DNA of 64,000 bases from a virus: IMG/VR virus record IMGVR_UViG_3300009605_000021, positions 6,976 to 70,975 of that record; one strand, given 5' to 3'. The position numbers and the translations under genes are program-made. Within the stretch, counting starts at the first letter, position 1; every line of letters starts with the position of its first letter. Positions 36,558 to 47,300 of this stretch are shown here, in pieces. The notes below the pieces were generated by a model that saw only the letters and a program-made list of their open reading frames with translations, was not told where the DNA came from and searched no databases.

Positions 36558-38374
36558 TAGCAAGGCTCCTCAAAATCTTCAGGTGTAACTTCGATTTTAT
36601 ATATGTTTTCCGGTTTGGCAGCTGCAAACTCATCACAATTAAATGGAATTTGCTGATCAGCCATAATACTTTGCTTTTTATCAACTCTTTTAGACCTGCA
36701 GTAATATTTAGATGATATTTCCTCATCAACAAGTAAATCAAAATAATAATCTACATGATATGTTCCAATATCTTCTTCTTTCCTAGGATCATAAAAATAC
36801 AGTTGTTCCATATCGCGGTTTACAGTTGATTTTCCTCCGATAAAAGATTCAACTTTTCTCTGTCCGTAAGTATCAAGCCCAAATTCATCAGTACCTTTAT
36901 TGTTCTGAATTATAATCGCCGCGCTATCAGCAAGAGAGCCTTCAATTTTGACGTTGCCTTCCTTGCCGCTCTTTTGAGTTATTGTTAATCTTGTGCCATC
37001 TCCGCAATCTGTGCAACCTACTCCAGAAAAATTTCGTGCAACAGTTACATTTACTGTAGCTGTGTACCATGTCCCCGAATTTTCTTCTCTTATTCGTTCA
37101 GCCCAAGCTTCTATGCTGTTTTTTATTGCAATAGCTAGGTATTCTTCATCGCTGAAAACGTCTTGAGTGCCTATGCGGCTGTACGTACTATCTGCAAAAT
37201 TGATACTAGTATCAATTTTGCCTTCGTATACATTTCCTTGGATATCACTAAATTTTAAAGAATCTAAATTCGTTACAGCAGAGGCATCGACAACTTCTAT
37301 AACAACAGAGGCTGCTGTTTTATCAACAGTTTCAGTCACTTTAAAAACTTCAATTTCAAAATTGTCTTTTATGAAATCAGTATTCAATTCGTCGACTTCA
37401 AGTAACAAATAGTCTGTTTTCACTTGAAAAACTGTATCGTCCATAAACTTTCCAGAATCTAATTCGTTTCCTTCAAACGCAACGTTATCAGATGCATAAT
37501 TTTGCACATAAGTAAGATCGTCAGTCATCTTTGTAATGTAAGTATCATATTGTATTCTTGTTTCCAACTGAGGGATTTTCATCGATGAAAAGTTTGAACC
37601 AGTATAAAAAGTTTTGGTCTTGTAAAGGTCTTCATTTAATAACTTTCCATTTAAAAAATTAACCGACCATGCAGGCGCGTACTTACTGCTTAGTGAAGAA
37701 TTCCCCAAAGGAAATACATACGGATAATATTTTACATCACCTAAAGATTTTTGATATAAGCAATCATACATTGAAGTAAAAGCAGAGTATAAACCAAAAT
37801 TATTCCTCTCCTGAGAATATTGTAACATTTCTTTGAGTGCGAAACCTAGTTCTGTTCTCTTGTCACTATTAACGATATCATACAAGTTTGTTATATAATT
37901 GTCTGTAGCGTCAATGACGCTCCATTCCTTCCAGGCTATTTCTTCTTCGGTGGCGCCCGTTAACAACCCGAAGGCCGGCGCTGGGGGCTTACCATATTTT
38001 TCATGAATACGATCTTGTAGGTGTTCGCCCAAATCCGCTGTTATAAAATTAGGTCCACAATCAGTTTGATAATCTGCTTGTGCGATCGCAGGCCGACCAC
38101 TTTTCTCTCTACTTGAAAAATTATACTGGACTTTGAGCCTAGGTGTTTCTTTGATTCTTGTTTCTGTGTTGTTTCTTTTCTCTTTTACGAATCTCTTATC
38201 TTTAGAATCGTACATATCATTAGACCCAGACGGGATATATCTTATGTCGTAAAGAACATCATCGTCAAAAAAGGCATACTGATCGGGCTTGAATTTTCCT
38301 ATAGACAACAAATGCTTACCATATTGCGTCAATTCAATATCCATCACCTCTTCTTTTCGATCAAAAAATTCCAT
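36557..38374 (-). CDS. Baseplate/tail structural protein, N-terminus paralogous to 28384..29424
   Basis: DIELTQYGKHLLSIGKFKPDQYAFFDDDVLY; one ...FIGG insert. Confidence 0.65.
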   Translation of the reverse strand: MEFFDRKEEVMDIELTQYGKHLLSIGKFKPDQYAFFDDDVLYDIRYIPSGSNDMYDSKDKRFVKEKRNNTETRIKETPRLKVQYNFSSREKSGRPAIAQADYQTDCGPNFITADLGEHLQDRIHEKYGKPPAPAFGLLTGATEEEIAWKEWSVIDATDNYITNLYDIVNSDKRTELGFALKEMLQYSQERNNFGLYSAFTSMYDCLYQKSLGDVKYYPYVFPLGNSSLSSKYAPAWSVNFLNGKLLNEDLYKTKTFYTGSNFSSMKIPQLETRIQYDTYITKMTDDLTYVQNYASDNVAFEGNELDSGKFMDDTVFQVKTDYLLLEVDELNTDFIKDNFEIEVFKVTETVDKTAASVVIEVVDASAVTNLDSLKFSDIQGNVYEGKIDTSINFADSTYSRIGTQDVFSDEEYLAIAIKNSIEAWAERIREENSGTWYTATVNVTVARNFSGVGCTDCGDGTRLTITQKSGKEGNVKIEGSLADSAAIIIQNNKGTDEFGLDTYGQRKVESFIGGKSTVNRDMEQLYFYDPRKEEDIGTYHVDYYFDLLVDEEISSKYYCRSKRVDKKQSIMADQQIPFNCDEFAAAKPENIYKIEVTPEDFEEPC

Positions 38375-38398
38375 AAAATAAATATTTCCTCATTAAGT

Positions 38399-41300
38399 TT
38401 ATCTCACCTTGTGTGTATGCAATGGTGTCAATTCGCTTCCTGATGCTTGGACCTCCCAACTTATGATTTTATGCTCATGACAAACGCCCGGGGCGACATC
38501 CACTGGATAGCATGCTTCATGAGCTACGCCATTACCATTAACATCAATAGTAAACGCGTGAGTATGGCCGGTATCTTTCGACGTTGTTCCAACAATTGGT
38601 TTTGGCCCATGAACTAGGTCAACTTCTTTATCTGATAAATTAATCCCTACTTCGAGCTTTGCTAATTCAACTAATGAACAGAAATCATATGGCCAGTTAT
38701 AACTATAATCTGGATTCGGGTTTTCTGAATCAATATTAAAATTAAATTGAAACCTATTATCATCTTGTGAGTCAGACGTGACATTAAAATAATTTGATTC
38801 TGCTTTTTTCTTTACTTTGTATACCATCCATTTAATATCTGGAGGAATATCGTTTTCAAAAAATCCGCCAGGAACTCCACATTCATGAGTAATTGACACT
38901 TCTTCTACTTCTGAGCTGCGTGCAATCTTTGGCATCAAATTTTGCCAAATATTAGACAAGTCTTCTCTATCTAAAAGATGTTTAAACTCAAATACATACA
39001 TGGCAAAAGGCTTAACAGATTTGTTTGTCACAAAATCATGGTGCGGCGGTATAACATATTTTTGCATATTTTCAACCATTTGGAACACCGCAGGAGAAAC
39101 TATGACGCCAGTTTTCTTTAATTTGTCAACTACGCTTTTAGACGCGTGGCCTCGCGCCACATCAATATACTTTTTAGGAATTTCAAAAAACCTTTTTTTG
39201 GTAGAAGAAGTCTTTGCTTTAAATGGAATTGCAATTATCGCTTCTGAAATTTCTTTTGATTCTGCAATCTCGCCAATTCTTCTTTTCGTACTCGTTCCAG
39301 CTTGTACAAATCCGCAAACTTCAAGAAGGGAACCAGTTTTCGATGTCTCAGTAACATTTAATAAATTAATGTTATTAGCGAATGGATTGGCTGAAAATTG
39401 TTCCATAGAAGTCGTTTTTCCAATTTTATCAGGAAAACTTTCTCTTAATCTTAAAAATATACCGTTGCCATGAGAAGGCTCAGTACCATAGCCAAACCAC
39501 ATCCCGCGCGTAAAATGACTTTTTGCATTACTAGAAAAATTTAATGTCGGCGTTTCAAACTTAGTACTAATCGTCCAAATATCAAAAGAATCATCGGTGG
39601 AATCTTTTGCGAGAACTGGCACATATGTGTGTTCCATGGCACTATCAAGCTTGTATTCAAGTTCTTTAACTCTCGCCTTGCCGAATAAGTTAATCGAAGA
39701 ATCAATTTTCATCTTACTAACGCCAGCTAAACTTTTTTCATCAGGAACTCTGATATATCCTGCCATGTCGCCTTCGTTTATGGGCTCACCGGTGTTATCT
39801 TTAGCTTTAGATAAATTAATAGCTTGCCCATAAGATGCAGATCTATTAGGTTCGTATACTGTTTCAAGCTTTGCACCCTCCAATATCTCATCAATATAAA
39901 ACTGTTGTGTGGGTTCAGATGAAAGAAGTTCTCTGTGGATATGAGGTGAAAAAGAAATTCTCGCCACAGACTCACCATAAAAATATGGCGGCGTATACGG
40001 AGCGAAAGCAGGATCTTGCATATTAGAAAGCCAATTATAATTTCCGTTATTTGTATGAGCAAAGAGGCTGGCAGCTCCACCGGAAAAATTTGTAAGAGTA
40101 AATGCAGCACCAGAAGAAGTTGATATACTATTGGTGTTCGTCCCGGGAAGAGCGATGATTGTAACAATTTGCCCGCTAGCAGTGGCTGTAAAAGCGCTGG
40201 TTGCATTAAGAGCGCTAGCTATGTTTGCAGCTAAAGTGCTGTTAGTAGATGAATATGCAGCAGTTGGCGAAGTTGTGTCTGTGCTGGTTGTCGTGCTAGC
40301 ATGGAAGGTAAGTGTGTAAGTGGTCCCGCTGGTCGAATTCATTGCTATTGTTTGATCGGCTGCAGTACTGCTGGCATCAGTAACTTCTACTACTCCAGTA
40401 GAGGACACCGTTTCTTTTGCTCCTAGCGTGTCGCAAGCTGGACCATAATGGATTCCACGGGCGCTACCAGACGAATATCTTATTACTCCACTTTTTGGGT
40501 TTGTTTCCTGCATATAAGTATGAGGGCCTTCATACATAATAAAATCTTTTGTTTTTTCTAAAACGACATCCATATAATATGTTGTACCAGATGTCATAGT
40601 AAACGGACCTCGTTTGGAGGCAAAAGTCGTTAAACGTTCACCTTTCAAGAAAAATTTTGGTATCTCTCCAAGAAAGTTATGCATTGCAAGATTATATTTG
40701 TTATCGTGCTGACCAGTCCAAATATAGTGCGGAGCATTCGCTTCAAGTTCATATACATTTGTATCATCAGTTTGTGAGCCAGATCTATATGACGGGCTAA
40801 CTACCATATTGATTCTAGACGCTGCTTCTTCAACAGTTGATTGTCCTGGCCGTAGCAACTGTTTGTCAACAGGGATATATTTTTCTGGATGAACTAACGC
40901 CTCAAACGGAAAACGTCTATTATGATATTGTTTGTCGGCTAAGCTGCTCCCGGTTGCCAGATAACCCAAATTACCAAAAGAAGAAAGATCTCCTGCTTTT
41001 GAGGATCCAGTGATCACGGGCCAGTCGACAGCAATCCCTGATTTGATGGTATTATACATGATTCCGGGGGCGAAGAAAGGTTGGATCAAAGCTTGTGCTT
41101 GTTTACCACGTCGTTGATTTGTGTTTAAAGAAGATGTTAAATAAGGGCCAAAAGATTGAGAAAATATAGAGCCCAGCTGCACACACCTTAACACTGGATA
41201 AAATCCTTGGTATGGAAGAAGCTTTTTAATTCCTTTACATTTTAATGTTATTTGCGAAACTTTATTATCAGGATTTCTGTTCCTTACAAGTTCGAAAGAA

Positions 41301-44300
41301 TCTAAAAAGTCAGAATGTGAATAAATTTTATAAAAATCATCATTTACGGCGCTTTTTTCAGAACCTGCACTGGATGATATATGGTGAGCTACATTGAAAT
41401 CATAATCATTCATAACGTTTATTTCTAAATCAACAATAGCTGTATCCTTGTTAGTCTTTGTGGCGGCGCCTGGTAAAGATAAATATTTATTATTCTTTGA
41501 TAAAAATCCACTATTCAAATAGTACTCCATATGATCTGAAACATTAAATTCTGGCAATATAGAATAATCTGGACCTATACATGTAACATCTCTAGCATAA
41601 TCTTCATACGAATCATACCATGGAGCCAATCCAGAAATTGCGCTAGCGCTATATTGTGGTTTAAAATGATATAAGTGGACGGTACCGGCAGCTGCACCAT
41701 CAGTAAAGTCAGGCTTATTTTTTCCCTCACCGGTTGGTAATATATAATAATCAGAAGGCCAAGTTTGAGAATCAGATGAACCAAACCAACCATAATGCTG
41801 GTAGAAAAAGAAACATTGCGAAGGAGATCCTCCAGCGGATCCGGCATCAGAACTTGAAACCAATGCTCCGTCAGTGTGCGCATAAAGTTCGCCTGTTGCG
41901 CCGACATTTCTTTTATGTACTCCTTCGTTGTGACCTTCAAATCCGCCAGACATAAAGCCGCCATGGAATGAGTCCAACGGCCAAACGCTTAAAGCTAATG
42001 GTCGCAAAGGATGTACCCAATCACCTTTAAAATAAGAGCCGCCGGCGCCGACCTGCTCTGTAATACCTCCTCCGTCAGCAGCATGATTGTAAGAAGACAG
42101 GCCAACTCCCAATGAGTTGGTAGCATATTGATTTGTTCTCAAACGTTCCTGGGCTCTGGCTCTCCAAAACGTTCGATGTGTTCCATGAAGACGATCATAA
42201 CCATTGCTTCCAGTGTGGCGAAATTCATCATACGACAACCTTCTATTGCTCTTCGCCAACGTTGTATATTCAGCTCTTGGGAAAACGATCTCTCTATAGG
42301 TAATGTCTTTTAGCTTTATAACGTTTTTATCGGCTGCCATTGTTAATGTGTCGTCCATGTCATAGCATGTTTGAAAGTTAAATTGTTCCTTGTCTAAATC
42401 ACCTTCACCAATTAAAAAACTAGTTTTTAAATTTCCATGTGTATAAGAAACGTTAATCTCTTCATCATCAACTTGAAAAGTTTTTTCTAGTGGTTTATAT
42501 TTGGTTGTGACAACTGGAATTATATAATTTACCAATTCTTTAGTATCTTGATATCCTGGAATTCCATTTGTTACTTTAAGTATTTTATTATCATTTTTGA
42601 AAAAACTGTATATATTGTTTTTTCTTTGGTGCCTGGCTATCATATGATCTCCAGTTCTAATCTGTTTCCAAGTCGGCCATCCATATGGACCGTTACGGTT
42701 ATGATTTATCATAGCAATATCAGGCCGTGGATATTGACCAGTGTTTGGATCAGTTTCTGCTTGAGAAATACTAAATACTGGAAATTTGCTATTTTCTCCA
42801 CGTCCGCTATCACTGCTAGGAGAGATTAAGTTATTATCTATATCAATATCATCGACATATATATTGTTTAAACCAAAAGGCATAGGAGTTCCATTTATAA
42901 TAATGTCAGTAGCAACTAAAAATGTAATATCATCAGAAGCGCCGCCAAGTTTTTGGTTTGGCTTAGACCACCCAAACGGTATAGCTTCATTTTCCGTCAA
43001 GCCTCCGGAAACTTGATAGGCCGAGGCTGTAATCCATGCGTATTGCAGTTCACTTCTGGGAATCGCATGAACAACGAAACCATTGTCTTTCATGGATCCT
43101 GTAATAACCGGACTACCAATACCGGCAGACCATTCCAATTTATACAGAGGGTTTGGATCAACCTTATGATAAGAAGCACTGCTTTCATAAACCCCTAAAG
43201 GATCTACATAAGTACTATCATAAACACCACCTTTTGTAGCGCTATTTTTTAACAAAGTATTGTACAATCTTCTAACAGTTAGGTTTCTCCATGGCAGTGC
43301 ATTATAAACTGAATATTCTTCCGCATTTGTATCAAGAAAACCTCTTGACATAACTTCGGGACCGCCTGGTGCAGAAAAGCGATTGACAACAACTATTTCA
43401 TTTGGTTTTCTCTCTGGTAACGCAAACTCTTTTAGGTCTGGAAAATCACTAGCAACGACTGAAGCAGACATCACACCCTTAGTATCAACAAAGTAAAAAT
43501 TATTTGTTGTTCTTCCGCACGTTAATATAAGTTCATAGTCTTTAGAATAGTTTCCAACTCCGTTGTAAGAACTACTTTTTATGTTTCTAATATTAACAGG
43601 CCTTTTAGCCATTTCTTCCCTAAAGAACATAGCGCGTGGCAATTCAGGATCAAGCTGCAAGTCTGAATTTATATCTGGCGAAGTAAAATTTATTAATGCT
43701 CCATTTCCAGCATTTTTAAATACTTTTTTCTCGTCCTCTGATCCGTTTTCATAAGAAAAAGGGGTATTTGTAACATGAATTTTAAAACCTTCGGGTCTAG
43801 TTTTGTCTGTGTCCAATTCACTAGTAGTTCCAGAAATATTTAATGGTATGTGCCTATATTGAAGGCCTCCGACATATCGTTCGGTGAACGGGCCCTGCAT
43901 AGATATTTCTCCACCCAAAGACATATCATCATGAATATTTGTAATCTTTCTTCCAGCGCTGCTGGTATGAATGTTAAATGGTATAAAATGAGATGATAAT
44001 ATTGTTTCGTCTTCTACGTTTTGAACATGAAAATTTAATTTTAATCTTTTTCCGGAAGTTATTCCTGGAATTAACTCATCTTTAATATCGCTTAAGACTT
44101 GAAACCCATATGGTACCTCCGCGCTAGAATCGCTAGCTGTTACTCTCAGTCGAGTTGTTGGAGAAAAAGGTTTAAGGACAGTTCTAGTGTAAGGAGATTT
44201 TGGTTGGCTATTCGAACCTTGCCACAACCCAAAGCTAATAAACCCAGATATTTGTCCCATATCCGTGTTAGCCATAAGTTCGAACTGACCCGAAGGTTTA

Positions 44301-47300
44301 TTTTCTTTATTGATAACTTTTCTAAATGTTTCTCTTTGAGAGTCAACAGTAGAATCTCCAGATGAAATTTCATCAGTTTTATCTCTTTCTGCTCTTGTTC
44401 TCCACCATTCAGTACTTCTAGAAGTATCGCCATAACCGTTCATGTGATCAGATGTTGGAGAGGCAGCACGATTTTCAAACGCAGCCAAAAGAGTAGAAAA
44501 CTTTCTTTGTTTAAAATGAGCAGGAGTGTAACTATATAAGTCCATTGCGTCGCCCGGCGCGAATCGCGAAATTAACTGCACATCATCACGAGGTGAACGT
44601 ATACATGAATTTTCTTGTTCGACTTTATCAAGTGTTCCGTCTATCTGCAGGCTTGAAGTTATTGGATCCAATAATGGATATTTATGTCTAAATTTATTTC
44701 TTTCTAAGACATGACTTTCAATGATTGTGCTCAAATTTTCAGAAGTATTTGCTGATGCCGGCATCAATTGATGTATTATTGCATCAACCGCATTATCGAT
44801 CCACTTGTAGTATTCAATATATTTTTCAACATTTGGAATATTGTCCACTTTTTCGAAAAAGAGTTGCCTCAATTTTTCCATTTGTTTATAATTTGGTCTA
44901 TATGTGTTTACAGGCTCTCCAATTAAATTATTGAAGTCAGTTAAAGTTGCAAAAACTTTTAACATTTCTTCCGTTACTGATTGGTATGGACTTTTTTCAA
45001 TTCCAATAAAATGAGTTATTGGTCTACTGTTTCTAGTAAGCAAGCGATCATCGCGAGTTCTTCCTTCAACCATATTTGAACTAGCTATAATTTCTGGTGG
45101 CTGCTGTTTTGCGTTAGACAAATAAATTCTGTCAACAACTTTTGAACTGTTGGCGGGGAAATGTTTACCCAAACCTGAGTGCTGTCTCTTAAGAGTTCTA
45201 GATAGTGGCACACCTAGAGGAGAATCTATGCTATCACCAGAAGCTACAAACCCATATCTAATTGAATCTGCCGAACCTGAAGACATATCTGTAACAATAA
45301 ACTCGCCAGAATCATCAGAACCGGTTATGCCAGCAAAATCCCAATGCAAAGCGAGTGTTTCCATATTTGGAACGTATCTTGAACCTGTGGCATAGAAATT
45401 AAATTTGTCTGGCCCTTGGAATAGATAAGCATTTCTATATGGGTGATCGGTACCAAAATTTTCTACATCAATTGCATGTGCTCTAATAGCACTATCAGAT
45501 ATATCATTTAACCAATATCTAACCGAAGACACTTTTACATCTGAGCTTTCTATTACGTTTCCAGTAAAATTTTCTCTGTGGGCGCCGGCGTAAATTCTCT
45601 TTGTAGATTCTATGAGATCTCTATATTTTTGCACAGAGATGGAAGAGGAAACTACAAATTCATTTTTAATATAATCTTGTACAGCATTAACGCCATAAAA
45701 TTCAATGCTTCCAGATAAATCGTTATCATTTTCAGCATCAACTAGCCCAGAACCACTAACTCCGGGCGAAAGAGGATATAAATCTCTATCTCCCACACGA
45801 GGAATCCCTCTCTTAATCCTAACTGCAAAATTCCACTTCTCATCATCGTAAACATTATAAAAAAGTGAAGATGTTAAAAAGCTTAATCCGTCTTCGAAAG
45901 AGTCCAAAAAATCAGATTCTAATTTGAAATAAGCATCATTGCTATTGGGATGCTCTCTAATCGCCAACACTCTTAAGTCATGATCTGGAGTTGTCCATGT
46001 AGTTGTTTCATCCTCAGTCCCTGCAGTGTGAAAACCGAATAAAGATGAAGCAGTCAGATTATATCTATAATTTGTAAGTTTGGGATGAATTTGTTTTGGA
46101 AAAATAACTTCTGCTTCCAGAGTCCTGAAAGAGCCACTAAAACTATTAATACTGCTTGTGATAAAACCAACTGAATTAGGGTTGTTGTTGTCTACAAATT
46201 GATAAACAACTGCACCATTTGTTTCATGTGTGCTAAAGTCTGCATAATTCTTTTTTGTTATTGTGTGGCGATAATTATCTTTAATCTCGTACATCGCATT
46301 ATCGCCATATATATTAATTTTAACGATCTCATCATCAATACCAAAACAGCGGATAAGATTTCTAAAAGCTTTTTCAGTTCCTTTTGATTTGTATATGTAA
46401 GACAAATTATTATAAATGTTTTTATAAATTAAGTTTTTGACTTCGCGAAGATCTTTGTCAAAGATACGAGTTTCATCTTGCTGCGCAAATTGTTGCAAAA
46501 CAGTAGAATCAGTAAAAAGCTCTGGAACTATTAACCCATGACTTTCTAATAGTTTATCTGCGAACGGTATTGCTTTGTAGCTACTACTAGGATATGTTGG
46601 CGCCTTTAAACCTGGAAGTGCCTTTATTTGCATTGCAAGAGTATCAAAATAATGTGAAATTATTTGAGTTAATTTAACAAGATTTTGTCCAGACTCTTGG
46701 TCTTCTGATCTTATCCACTCAGGAATACTGTTATATATCGCAGCATTATTATTTAAATCATATTCTTTTCCTTTTTGTTTCAAAGAAGAAAGTTTGGCTT
46801 GTACATCCGGATGATCTACCCTGATTATGGGGTCTTTAAATTCTGTAGCAGAGGCAGAAGACTGTATAAGTGCAGAACCAGTATTTCTAGAATTGCTAGA
46901 ATAGCCAACCCATGTACCATTTGAGCCTCGACCTGAATAATCTAAAACAACATTGTCTATACTTGAAGTACCAGTTATTCCTTCGTTGAACTTATAATAA
47001 ACTCCCAAATGCGTGTTAGCGACATCAGTGTTTGTTCCGCCATATATATTTCTATACCAATTTCTTCCAATTTGTTGCGCACCTTTTTCCACTTTCCAAT
47101 ATCTAAATTCATCCAACGAAGCAGATAATTTACCCCAGCCTACATTCGGCTGCAAACTTGTATCATCGCCAGCAATAAACGGACCTTCCGGTGAGATTGA
47201 AGCAGATGGTTTAGTTATCAAAGCGCCAATCGTCGCATTCAGCGAAGAACTCACATATCCAATTGAAGAGCCAGTTACTATTTCATTCTTGAACTCTCCA

